From Aureliella sp. (lineage in GTDB: Bacteria > Planctomycetota > Planctomycetia > Pirellulales > Pirellulaceae), in assembly GCA_963691875.1 (NCBI GenBank), contig OY829846.1, positions 4,224,001-4,288,000 of the forward strand: a DNA stretch of 64,000 nt, in the 5' to 3' direction. Position 1 is the stretch's first letter. Every line of letters starts with the position of its first letter. Made by a program: the position numbers and the translations under genes. Shown one piece after another: positions 1-9,984 of the stretch. The notes beneath the pieces are model-generated. The model saw nothing but the letters and a program-made list of their open reading frames with translations. It was not told the DNA's origin and made no database searches.

Positions 1-172
1 TCGACGCCGAGATGAAGGCCGATAGCGGCCTTCGCAACGAAGCCTGTGACATGCTCGATTCCATTCGACCTGTTGCGCAGTAGCAGTTTTTCATTTCTTC
101 CATGTGCTGAAGAGTTCTGCGTAAGCGAGAACGTCGATTGTCCCCGCTCGGGCTGCTGACCTTCTGTGTAGG

Positions 173-800
173 CTATCGAAGTTCAAATTTGGCTTTGTTC
201 TTCTCAACAACCTCGCCACCGTCCCTTGTCATCATGGCTCGAAGTGTAGCGTCACTAGTCTCAGACGGAATCCGCTGCACCGACCTATCAGCCATCGCGA
301 CTCGCCAGGCGACAGGATAGCGACCGCTAAGCTTCGGCAAAGATTCTGCAGGATTGAGGACTACATCTTCGGGCGAGATCCAAGAAATTCGAGCAGGAAC
401 TTTTGAAACCAGAATCGTGGTTGTAGGATCATCGCGAAGCTCGTCAAGTTTCAACTGCTTCTCGCCATCTCCAGTCACCGAGCTCTCGCCGGAAACGGTT
501 GCGTAATGGGTTTTTCCAAGATGGCGCTTGTGGGAACGATGGCGATAGATTTATGTCATGGGGTCGAGGAAGCCGGCATTGACGCGACTATCCCACTCAT
601 GATGCAGACAGTAACCTCTTGCAGAGTTCTTCGTTGCCAAGATAGAGAATCGCAACGCGTAGGAGATAGGAAAACTTGCGCCTGGAATCTTGGTTTTCGC
701 CGATGGTAGGTAACCATGATCTGCTTCGAACAACGTGAATGCTTGAGCAATTTGCTGCAAGGTGATGAGTGCCGCCATGTCGTACAGCGCGATGACTACA
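173..800 (-). pseudogene. Degenerate DUF1559 domain, probably the former C-terminus of the upstream kinase
   Basis: ORFs 551..778 and 173..478 share one frame, separated by TAA at 551-553. The joined reading (TLQQIAQAFTLFEADHGYLPS...WDSRVNAGFLDPMT*IYRH...TILVSK..ISWISPED...AMADRSVQRI...LRAMMTRDGGEVV) follows the DUF1559 pattern. The frame is offset from the kinase near 800. Confidence 0.75.
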
Positions 801-3800
801 GCGCGCGACGACTCGCCATTTTGCCGAGCATTTCCTGAATGTAAAGCTGCACTTGTGGCTCGATTTCCGACAGGGAAACGGTTAAGCGTGATACCTGGTC
901 TGACGGCTCGTCAAGCTTCGCTTCCTTCAACGCAGTGGTGGCAGAAGTCTTAACGATAGTGGTAAGCTGCGGCACTCCACCTTCGCCGGTGCGTTCCGAG
1001 CTAACTGGAAAGCTGCCCACCAACTCAGCCAGAGATTCTGCCAAACCTCTCATCGCTTTACTCACACCAGCTTGCTTTGCAGGACTTCGATAGCGAGAGA
1101 AAAGTTCCAGACGCCGATCGACTTCGAGTGATAGAGTAAGCCCGAAGTATTCCGAATCCGTTACCATTAAGAGATGTTTCAAAAGAGGCGAAAGCTGTCG
1201 AAAATTTGTAGTTTCTCCGGTCAACTTCGTTAAGTATTTCTGGTCCATCGATTTCGCAATCGCAAATACTTGGTGTTCTTTCTTGTTCAATCGCGAGGTG
1301 GCGGCTAGATACTCCAGTTCGCGAGGTTGTTGCCCAAGCTCTTTGTAGAACTCGAGAGCCTGCCAAGTTCCGATCAACAATGTCTCGTTGCCGACGATTT
1401 GAAAGCACCGGTTCTTGTCGAAGCTAAGCGGATCTTGTTTGCTAAGTTCCTGCCAGCTAGCTTCGCCAGCGTAGTCGTCAACAACTTTTGGGCCCAATGC
1501 CTCTACAACGAATTCGAGCGACGTCCCCTCCGCGACAGTCAGGATTCCGATCATCCCGTCTTGTAGTCCAGTCTCTTCTGGCAGTTTGGTCCATATTACC
1601 TGTTCGAGTCTACTGTCAAGACTCATGGCAATCGGCAAGCTCGAATCGGCGAGCTCGTCCAGCAAGGCGCCAAAGTGATCTTTATTTGCTAAGCGACTTG
1701 GGCAGAAACCATAGATCTCAGTTGCTTGCGCTGGCACCAACGAAAGATCATAGTCGTCGTTGAAATCTACTTCGGTTGGAGATGTTTCTAACATCCTGAC
1801 CCAGGGGGCAGTCTCTCTCTCTCGCTGAACTCCAATTGCATGCGTCGGAAGAGCAAACTCAGTGACCAAGATATTGAGATCTGAATCGATGGTCGCCGAA
1901 AACTGAACTCGCCCAGCGTACATGCCGAGTCCGTTAAATTGGACGCGACCAGTCAGCTTGACGGTGTCGGATTCAGCCGCTTCGACTTCGTAGGTTAGGT
2001 CTGTTATGTACTGCGGTTGTAGGATCGAGTAGAAACCGTTTGCCGTACTTAGGGCCATCGCATCTGACAAGTCGCTTGGCTTCGGAATCCTATCGCCAAG
2101 GTAACGGAAGTCGGGATCGATAAAGCCACCCTCAAAGAACCGACTGTCCGACAGAAGTACGATGGAGAGTGGCTCGCCTGAAATGCTTTTTGTTGATGCG
2201 GTGGGGCTCTTCGCGACTGCCTGCCATTGCTCGTTCGGTATTCCAGCCGCCTTGCAAATTGCGGATATGATCAAAGCAACTTCGTTTTTGTGCGCACCCT
2301 CGAACTTGGCGACTAGATCTTCGGCGGCCAGAGGGGATTCTTTGGAGGCATCTTGCAGCTGGACGCCAGTGCGAAGCGTGTTTGCAAAGCCATCTGGAAG
2401 TCCGTTGATGTTGGTGTACCAAACATCCGCGTTCTTCTGAAACTGCTTCTCTGCTTTTCGTTCTGTGGGGACCAAGAAGATCCAGTTCTGGTGCTCCCCA
2501 AAGTAGACTCGCCTGCCTAGAGCCTGTTCGGCGACAAACGCCTCAGCCGATAATTCCGTGGGGCCATTGCCGATTTTGGCCGAAGCTTCAGAGGGTAAGT
2601 TGCGGAATACGAACTCGCATTCCTCCGTTTCCTCTACCTCGAAGGTTCGCTGAACTAACTGCTGGACGGTGTCGGCAACATTTCTGGCTGAACCATTGAC
2701 TTCTACAATGACAGTGATCCCATCAATCTTTCCGTTCCTGACTTCGGACTCATCTCTCGTTGCCAAAGACAACTCCGAAGCAATTTGTTTCAACTTCATC
2801 GCATATCCACTTTGACGCTTATCGTGCGCGTGAGCTGGAAAGACTGGTAGCCGCATGTCGACACCGCCTTCGATGGGCTCAAAGGTGAGGTAGTTGCAAT
2901 TCTGTCCAATGTCAGAAAGATTCATGAACACCAAGTTGTGAGGCGAGTTCATCATCGAAACGACATAGCTATCAAGTTCGCTGAGTGAAGCATGAACTTC
3001 ATCGGGAGGCGCGGCTTTAGTGCCGAGGCCGAAGAAATCTTTGAGAAGCATCGAAGCTCCAGCGATCAGCAAAATTGCGACACTCGCCGCAGCAATGCGT
3101 GGCCACCATCCCCAGCCTTTCGGTTTTACGGAAAGGTCTGAATCAATAGTGCCTGAAGCCGAGGTGTCGATCGTCGTGATGACAAAGGGCTCCAAAGCAT
3201 CCACGATCTCGGACGGCGACTGAAAACGCTTGGCGGGGTCTTTGGCGATCATCTTCGCCAAAATGTCTTGCACTCCAACGGGTATTTCGTCGCGCAACTC
3301 GTTGAGTGGGGTTGGATTTGACTCGGCGTGAAGTTTTAACTTGCTGATTGCCGTACCTTCGGAAAAGGGTACTTTGCCTGCGAGCAAGTAGTACATAGTC
3401 ATGCCAAGGCTATAGATGTCGCTGCGGCCGTCGACGCCGCGGGCGTCCTGAGCTTGCTCCGGCAGGATAAAATCGGGAGTGCCCATGATCGCACCCGCCA
3501 TCGTCAAGTTTCCACTTGAGTCTTCCGTGATTGACTCACCGGGCGTAGCTTGAGGAGCAAGCGAAGCCAAGCCGAAGTCAAGAATCTTGACGACTTCGCC
3601 CTTCGTCACCATCAAGTTATGTGGTTTGATATCGCGATGCACCATTCCTCGCTTGTGTGCATAGTCCAATCCCGTAGCTGCTTGGCGAATGTAGTTGCAC
3701 GCATCACTCACAGGTAACCGCCCCCGATTCTGAACGGTTTGAGCTAAATCGATACCATCCACAAACTCCATCGCCAGAAAGTGTAGTTCACCCGCTTGTT

Positions 3801-4263
3801 CGGCGTCGTGCGCCGTGACTATATTTCGGTGGTCCAGGCTAGCTGCTGTCTTGACTTCGCGGCGAAAACGATCGACGGCTTCCTGCTTTTGGACCCACTC
3901 CGAGTGAATGACCTTCAGCGCGACCGTGCGGTCCATCATCCGATGCCGAGCCTTGTACACCTGCCCCATTCCGCCGCGACCAATGATCTCTTCGATCTGA
4001 TATCGAGCATGATCTCGCAGCGGCGTTGGAATCGAAGGCTGCGTTTGCTGCAGGACCGTGGCGCTTCCGAGCTTCGATGTAGCTTTGACCTCTTGAAGAA
4101 GGTCCACAAAGGTATCGTCCGACACGAGGTCGACGATGGTCTCACAGCAACTATCACATTCGCTGACGTGCTGTTCGACAACCAAAACGGCTTCGGGCGG
4201 CAGCTGCCCCAATGAGAATGCGGTCAGCTCGTTTTCCGTCGGGTGCTTTGTCTGTTCTGACAT
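796..4263 (-). CDS. Membrane-anchored Hanks-type Ser/Thr protein kinase with N-terminal zf-HC2-like motif
   Basis: Motifs GRGGMGQVY, VALK, HRDIKPHN, DFGLA, GTPDFILPEQ and DIYSLG. N-terminal HVSECDSC. TM segment IAAASVAILLIAGASMLL followed by a large extracytoplasmic region. Confidence 0.93.
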   Translation of the reverse strand: MSEQTKHPTENELTAFSLGQLPPEAVLVVEQHVSECDSCCETIVDLVSDDTFVDLLQEVKATSKLGSATVLQQTQPSIPTPLRDHARYQIEEIIGRGGMGQVYKARHRMMDRTVALKVIHSEWVQKQEAVDRFRREVKTAASLDHRNIVTAHDAEQAGELHFLAMEFVDGIDLAQTVQNRGRLPVSDACNYIRQAATGLDYAHKRGMVHRDIKPHNLMVTKGEVVKILDFGLASLAPQATPGESITEDSSGNLTMAGAIMGTPDFILPEQAQDARGVDGRSDIYSLGMTMYYLLAGKVPFSEGTAISKLKLHAESNPTPLNELRDEIPVGVQDILAKMIAKDPAKRFQSPSEIVDALEPFVITTIDTSASGTIDSDLSVKPKGWGWWPRIAAASVAILLIAGASMLLKDFFGLGTKAAPPDEVHASLSELDSYVVSMMNSPHNLVFMNLSDIGQNCNYLTFEPIEGGVDMRLPVFPAHAHDKRQSGYAMKLKQIASELSLATRDESEVRNGKIDGITVIVEVNGSARNVADTVQQLVQRTFEVEETEECEFVFRNLPSEASAKIGNGPTELSAEAFVAEQALGRRVYFGEHQNWIFLVPTERKAEKQFQKNADVWYTNINGLPDGFANTLRTGVQLQDASKESPLAAEDLVAKFEGAHKNEVALIISAICKAAGIPNEQWQAVAKSPTASTKSISGEPLSIVLLSDSRFFEGGFIDPDFRYLGDRIPKPSDLSDAMALSTANGFYSILQPQYITDLTYEVEAAESDTVKLTGRVQFNGLGMYAGRVQFSATIDSDLNILVTEFALPTHAIGVQRERETAPWVRMLETSPTEVDFNDDYDLSLVPAQATEIYGFCPSRLANKDHFGALLDELADSSLPIAMSLDSRLEQVIWTKLPEETGLQDGMIGILTVAEGTSLEFVVEALGPKVVDDYAGEASWQELSKQDPLSFDKNRCFQIVGNETLLIGTWQALEFYKELGQQPRELEYLAATSRLNKKEHQVFAIAKSMDQKYLTKLTGETTNFRQLSPLLKHLLMVTDSEYFGLTLSLEVDRRLELFSRYRSPAKQAGVSKAMRGLAESLAELVGSFPVSSERTGEGGVPQLTTIVKTSATTALKEAKLDEPSDQVSRLTVSLSEIEPQVQLYIQEMLGKMASRRAL

Positions 4264-4369
4264 GGTTGTTTTCGCCTACAGTGCGTCTGAGAGTGAAGGA
4301 TCATTCGCGACCCGAACTTCTCTTGCCTGGGCCACTCGACACTCAAAGACTCGCTCCCGGCAAAACATT

Positions 4370-4980
4370 TCAGACATTTGGCAAAAACTTGGAAGAAGCT
4401 TCCACCAAACCTGTCGCCTCCTGACGTAACTTACTCAGAACGCGGGACTTAGCGATAATGACCGCGTTGAGAGAAATTCCTAATTCTTCGGCGACAGCCT
4501 TCGGCTTCTGGCCATCAAAGGTGGTTTTGCGGAAGGCGGACCAAGTCGATGGTGCGAACTGCGGCTCGGTTACCGCAAGCAGTTTTTCAAGAACATGCTG
4601 GTCGTGTTCTTGGTTCCAGATCAGCGTGATTTCGCTCGCCGGATCATCTAATTCGGCCAGTCGTTGATTCATGTCCGAGCCGCCTGAGGCCTTCGGGCCT
4701 CGATCACGAGAGTGCCAGAACTTGCGAAGGCGGTAACCAGAATCCCTTTCATCCATGCCCGGAAAGCTCCTTCGCGACCATTGTGATCAAAGGCTTCAAT
4801 GTCCTTGGAAATCGCTAGAAGGACTTCTTGGGTGACGTCATCCGCATCATTGGATTGCAGCTCATAACGCATCAACCACTTGCGGATGAGAGGCTCGTAA
4901 AGTCGATGTAGTCGCTCCCAAGCCTCCTTTTCCGGGCATTGCCGCATTTGCTGTAGAAGGCTGAGTGATGTTTCGTTCAT
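4370..4980 (-). pseudogene. ECF sigma-70 factor, frameshifted
   Basis: 4669..4980 encodes region 2 (TSLSLL..AWERLHRLYEPLI..DADDVTQEV..FRAW) and 4370..4756 encodes region 4 (VAEELGISLNAVIIAKSRVL). One added A at about 4735 restores GILVNRLRKFW. Confidence 0.85.
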
Positions 4981-5146
4981 GGCTGCGGAAGATACCGGGG
5001 ATGACGAGCTTCTCTATGATAACCTAGCTAGCAGCCGCCGTCACAGTTTGTTCATCCGCCAACCGCTGCAGGTTCATAATCGGTTATCAGGAAATGGGGT
5101 ACTCCACAGTCACTGACTTCAGGGCAAGCAGTCCGTTTCGCATGGC

Positions 5147-5635
5147 GTGACCTTGCAGCTTGATCAAGTCGCCGATGGCGATCGCAAGGCTGCGGATGCG
5201 TTGTTTGCGCTCGTGTACTCGGAACTATGTGTCCTGGCGGACCGACAGATGTCGAAGTAGTCATCCGAGTGGAAGAATCGTGGATATTTCTTTGCCGCTG
5301 CGTCTCAGGCTAGGAGCGGGATAGTGGTGGATGCTGCTCGAATTCGTAAGCGAGCAAGGCGTTGCAGCATTGTGAAGAAACACGAATTGCGAGGCGACGA
5401 GCTGATCTGCAAAGCAGGCGAAGAGCTTCTGCCCCTAGATGAGGCGTTGCAGCTTCTTCATGAAAAAGAACCACTCAAAGCAGAGTTAATGAACCTTCGA
5501 TATTTTGGTGGATTCAAAAATGCTCAGTCTGCCGAACAATCGCAGATATCCACGGCCAAGGTAGAACGTTACTGGACATTCACTCGAGCTTGGTTGCGTA
5601 TCAAGCTCGAGAGGTGGGTTCGGATTTCTACTTAA
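5147..5635 (+). pseudogene. ECF sigma factor remnant (TIGR02999-like)
   Basis: One frame reads VTLQLDQVADGDRKAADALFALVYSELCVLADRQMSK*SSEWKNRGYFFAAASQA...LDEALQLL...LRYFGG...WTFTRAWL. It has an in-frame TAG at 5258-5260 and lacks the usual TLQxTALVHEAYLRL segment. Confidence 0.75.
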
Positions 5636-5880
5636 TGAGTTCTTTCTACTCAACGAGTTCTGATAGATTTACTACGCGTCCGTAGATCTTTTCGTACTCT
5701 GAATCGCCCGGATATTTTAGACCCATCGGCGTAGATTCTCTTGCTTAGAACCAGCAGCCACATTCCCTGCGCAAATGCTTTTTGGCACGAAAGCTGCAGT
5801 TGGCTAATCTGGCGCAACCCTGTGTATTCCGCGAAAAAAGCGAGATTAGCTTGAGCAAATATTCAGTCGTTAAACAGTCC

Positions 5881-6477
5881 ATGCTACCTGAATCAAAACG
5901 CCTCCTGGCCTATTTTCTGGTAATCATTCCTATGATGATTATTTGGGTGGTAGATGCACTTCCAAGTTACACACTTTTGCACAGCAAGCTGAAGAACAGG
6001 CTGGACCCGCTTTTGGACAAAACAGGGTTGTGGCAAGGCGATTGGCAATTATTTGCCCCTGTGCCAAGCCCTAACTCTGATCAGCAAGAGTACGGCCTTG
6101 CGCAAGTGTTCGCTGAGCAGCGAGATTACGGTCTCGCGCAAGTTTTTGTTTACGTATTGGTAGCTCCTTTTACAGAAGAAGTAGCATTTCGGACCTACCT
6201 TATCCCCAGAATACTTGGTGCGATCTCATCTATGATGCGGCCACTAACTAGATATGCCAACCTGTTGGCTGGGGCCTCTTCGATCCTGTGTAGCGCTCTA
6301 CTGTTTGGTGCTCTTCACGGTGCACACTGGATTCCAGCAACTGGCTTCGGCATCGTGGTTGGTTGCGCATATCTCCATCGTCGTTCGCCATTGGAGTGTA
6401 TCCTGGCCCATGCCTCCTGTAACGGAATATTGCTTGCCTATACGGCTCTGACGGGAGAGCCATTTTACTTGGGCTAG
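5881..6477 (+). CDS. CPBP (Abi/CAAX) family intramembrane metalloprotease, atypical N-terminus
   Basis: Motifs APFTEEVAFR, LFGALH and AHASCN. Start uncertain (ATG 5881 versus TTG 5782). Confidence 0.7.
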   Translation: MLPESKRLLAYFLVIIPMMIIWVVDALPSYTLLHSKLKNRLDPLLDKTGLWQGDWQLFAPVPSPNSDQQEYGLAQVFAEQRDYGLAQVFVYVLVAPFTEEVAFRTYLIPRILGAISSMMRPLTRYANLLAGASSILCSALLFGALHGAHWIPATGFGIVVGCAYLHRRSPLECILAHASCNGILLAYTALTGEPFYLG

Positions 6478-6641
6478 GCCGGCGTAGAAGAGTTTATTCA
6501 TTGGCATCAGCACGCCTAGCGTGCAACGGCTCTAGAGGAGCGGCGTGTATGGATCCTCAAGCAAAATCCACCTACGTTGTCAGACACCGCTCGACGTGTC
6601 GTGCGGTGTCTTTGTAGATAGTTGCGTTGTTGCTCAAGTCG

Positions 6642-7256
6642 CTAGTTTTCTTTCGCTGGTGAATCTTGCTCTGCTGGAGCTTCGTCTGGCTCTTCCTGCT
6701 CGGCGTGAATCTGCTTGGCAAACTCAGCCCCTTCGGCTTTGCTCAGGATGTGAATCGAGGAAGCAGTAAGCACGAGAAACTTGCCAACCTTCGATGTTGC
6801 TCCTTGTACAACGATGTCCTGATTTCGTTTCAGACCTAGCATCGTTTCAGCGGATATCCCGAGCACCTCGCCCTTATTGTCCACGATCTGAACGATGGCA
6901 GTTGCGGCATTTTCCATATCGCGTTTGCAGAAGGGACAATCGCCCGGATTCTCGTGGTCGTGCCCCGGCTTCGGCAGCTCAATCAGATTGAACGCCGCCG
7001 TCTTCGCATCAAATGGAGACATATCGGCCGCAAAGATTCTACCAACTACCTGCACCTGTGCGCCGTTTGCATCGCCAGCATTCGCTTGGGCTAGCGACAA
7101 CACATCACCTGAGTGCTGGTCGGCAAGGATCTTGCTTCTTGTTTCCTCGAAACTACGGCTGCCATCGTTAAATTGACAGCCGCTTAGGAATAGAAAACAT
7201 GCTGAGCAGGCAACCGCTAGTGACGAGCAGAGCGGAACGCGAAGGAAGTTGGTCAT
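6642..7256 (-). CDS. Exported/lipoprotein hypothetical with HDH and CPFC metal-binding motifs
   Basis: Lipobox-like LSGC and motif PGHDHENPGDCPFC. Start overlaps the upstream stop (ATGA). Confidence 0.7.
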   Translation of the reverse strand: MTNFLRVPLCSSLAVACSACFLFLSGCQFNDGSRSFEETRSKILADQHSGDVLSLAQANAGDANGAQVQVVGRIFAADMSPFDAKTAAFNLIELPKPGHDHENPGDCPFCKRDMENAATAIVQIVDNKGEVLGISAETMLGLKRNQDIVVQGATSKVGKFLVLTASSIHILSKAEGAEFAKQIHAEQEEPDEAPAEQDSPAKEN

Positions 7257-7738
7257 TTCATTACCCCTTCCAATTCGGTAATCGCTGCGGTGAGCGTCTT
7301 TTCCAGATCTTCAATCTCGACTTCTGGTCCACCGTGCATGACGCCGTCCAGTTTTGCAAAACCTTCAAACAGTGCTTCTACCTGAACCTTGACTTTTTCT
7401 AGCTGTTCTGGTGTCACATCTGCTTCTTTGCCAGCTGTCTTCGATAGCCCTTCCAACGCATGCCCTACGTCATGCAAGGCGTCATGTGCATCGTTAGGAG
7501 TCCCATCGGAAAATGCCTTGCAGATCTTGGTCTTCATTTCCTTGACTTCTTCAAGAGCTTCCGCAAAGGTCTCGGGCTCATGAGAGTGCTCGTCTCCATG
7601 CGCGTGCTCATCGCCATGGTCATGTCCTTCATGGCTTTCAGTGTTATCGCCGCCGTTTGATTCTTCTGTTGCGTCACCACAACCAACAAAAGCTGCCACG
7701 GAAAAACAAAGTACGAGTGAGAGTAGTTGGTATTTCAT
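7253..7738 (-). CDS. His-rich lipoprotein, putative metal-binding
   Basis: Signal peptide ending FVGC, a His tract HEGHDHGDEHAHGDEHSH and a helical C-terminal domain. Confidence 0.8.
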   Translation of the reverse strand: MKYQLLSLVLCFSVAAFVGCGDATEESNGGDNTESHEGHDHGDEHAHGDEHSHEPETFAEALEEVKEMKTKICKAFSDGTPNDAHDALHDVGHALEGLSKTAGKEADVTPEQLEKVKVQVEALFEGFAKLDGVMHGGPEVEIEDLEKTLTAAITELEGVMK

Positions 7739-9046
7739 TATTTACCTCCGAAAGTGATCAGTCGCGCTGGGGTTCCACCGACCTTCAAGGTCGCTTGGTT
7801 CACCCAGTTGCTTGTTGAAAAAAAACAGTAAAGGTTCCATCGCCAGGATTACTTGTCGTGACAAGTCAGTTCGATAAGACTACGCATTCGTGATGCCCAC
7901 TGTGTCCTTCGATCAGGCTCTCGCCGACCGGAATGGACTCGTGAAGCCTGGCATCTGCGAACGCCCATCTTGATTGGGGGCAAGGGCTACTACATGCAGC
8001 CTTTCGTCCTTGTCACCTTCTCGACTCTCTTCGAATAAGATTGCGCAGCGCTCTCCTGTCCATGAGCGAATTGTTTCGGGGGTCGTTAAGCTATTGCCGT
8101 TTGCGACGGAAGTCACAATTCTAGCAATGGTTGGCTTCGGGCTGGAGGAGTCGACCATGCACAATTCGTGCGATGCAGAGCGGAAGTTAAACAAGATAAG
8201 TTGACCAAAGTTGTGGGAAGCACCGGTTCTCCGTGGTTTGAACTTCTCATTTTCACCGAGGGACAAGTGATGGACTGTCACCTTCTCCTCAGAAGAGCTT
8301 ACTCCTCTATCAGCTGCAACCCAGCAGATTCCGTCGCTTGCCGCGAAAAACACCTTGCCCGCACTGAAGGGCCCGCCGTGTATCCCTCCACTGGGCAAGT
8401 GAACGTGATAGCCGCGACCACTTCTGCTGCCTACACCAACGACATCAACGCGCCCGTTGTTCTCACCCTCAAGATCGATCCCAGTCGAGTAGGCAACTTG
8501 AACTTGAATTGCAGCCATCGTGATGTGCCCTTCACCAGCCTTATAGAAGCGATCCGGCTGGGAGTTAGGCTTACCAACCTTCGCTGGAGTTACTAACGTG
8601 AATCCGTTCCTCCTGTCGTTGGCGAGATAGAACTGATTGTCATCGAGGTAGACGTGAGCCGGATTGCCTTGGTGTTCATCTAAGATGCTTGTGATCGAAT
8701 TCGGGGCTGCACCGTAGTGCCGGTGGAAGTGGTCTCCGTGGGTTTGTTGATTAAAGCCAGATTTAATTGCGAACCATCCGCTTTGGAAGGCGCCGTCTTC
8801 GTTGTCTCGAACACCTGCCACCGCTGGATGATCTAAAGATTGCATCTGAACGAATTTCTGCTTGTCCAGATTTAGCTCTGGTTTCAGGCTCCAATCTTTT
8901 CCTTTCTTGACGTCGCCCCGTTTTAGTTTTTGCTCCGCGGCATCTTGCCAGACGATTCTGGAAAGAGTGCATGGAGACTGGGCAAGTAGACTTGCCGAGC
9001 AAGCCGCGTTGAGCAACGCAGCTAGCGTAAGGATTCGAGTTTTCAT
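7738..9046 (-). pseudogene. Secreted beta-propeller metal chaperone (AztD-like), 3' end disrupted
   Basis: Signal peptide and HGDHFH motif. After a frameshift at about 7960 the protein continues ADARLHESIPVGESLIEGHSGHHE..., with TGA at 7866-7868 and an A8 frameshift at 7818-7825. It ends KVGGTPARLITFGGK* with a TAATG overlap onto the next gene. Confidence 0.65.
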
Positions 9047-9218
9047 TTTCGCTTCTCAGTTGTACCGATCGCTCTTCAGATCAAAAATTGCTAAAGGCAA
9101 AAACGAACTTTCTGCTCACAAGTGCCCGTCGTTGCCGGCCTACAACACAAAGTGCAATGATGGGCATTCTTCACCGAACTGGAGTCCAAGCCTTTTGCAT
9201 AGTTGCAAGGAAAGCATA

Positions 9219-9266
9219 ACCATGGTTCGGCCCAAGGTTGGGCCCAAGGTTGGGCCCAAGGTTGGG
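9219..9266. repeat. 12-bp tandem repeat CCCAAGGTTGGG x3 plus one degenerate copy
   Basis: Exact units at 9231, 9243 and 9255, degenerate ACCATGGTTCGG at 9219. Each unit is a near-palindrome. Confidence 0.9.
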
Positions 9267-9656
9267 CTAAACGAGGCAACTTGAAGGAGGCCCGCGAGAA
9301 TCGGGGACCAAGATATCCGTACTCGGAAAATGATCGGGCCGCCGCCGAGATAATGCCTGAACGAGAATGGGTAGAGAAGGAAGCTCACTGGCGACTTCAG
9401 GAGAGGTAAAGCTCGTAAAAACCGACTGGCAGATGCGGCAGTCTTTGTGGTCGTGAGACTTTTGCTTCGAGTCATCATGTTTCTCTGTGGCCGCATGATG
9501 CTCGCAACCGCATGTGCTGCAAACCAGATTAATGGGGCCGCTTGAAGCTCTGGCCGCACTCGAATGATTGAGTGCATGCAACGCCGCTGGGACGTTCCCT
9601 ACGAGCAGTAGGCCGCACAGGGTCAGAGCGAAGATTTGCCGGGCCAAAGAAGACAT
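9267..9656 (-). CDS. Small exported His/Cys-rich protein (DUF2946-like)
   Basis: Hydrophobic N-terminus, CSTCGCEHH, HDHKDCRICQ and C-terminal SRGPP. Confidence 0.7.
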   Translation of the reverse strand: MSSLARQIFALTLCGLLLVGNVPAALHALNHSSAARASSGPINLVCSTCGCEHHAATEKHDDSKQKSHDHKDCRICQSVFTSFTSPEVASELPSLPILVQALSRRRPDHFPSTDILVPDSRGPPSSCLV

Positions 9657-9984
9657 GAAGTGCTATCGGTTGGTGAGAGTAAGTCCGGCCAAGAATCTAA
9701 TCTTTACGTTCTTCCATGGCTCTAGGTTTGTCAATAGACAGAAATTCATGGCTGCCCAGCAACAGATACCGCACCTAGAAGGCCACGAATTCATCAAAAA
9801 TTTCACGAGCCAACAAACTTTTTAGACTATCGGTAACAACTAGAAAATATGCCCCGTTTCATGACGAATGCGTGAAAATGAACTAAGCTTGAAAAAATTG
9901 TTGTGCAGAGCTCACACGAAAGACAGCTCTTAAAAAATAACACTCGTGCTCTGAAAACTGAAGATACAAGGCATTATCAGCGAG

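Noticed and set aside
7866..7868. Selenocysteine TGA in the propeller gene
   Set aside because: It is flanked by two frameshifts and is not in a redox motif, so decay is the simpler explanation.
9219..9266. CRISPR array
   Set aside because: The 12-bp units are contiguous with no spacers, and there are no cas genes.
9091..9409. ORFs with AQPW/AQGW/PKVG peptide repeats
   Set aside because: These are translations of the non-coding 12-bp repeat.
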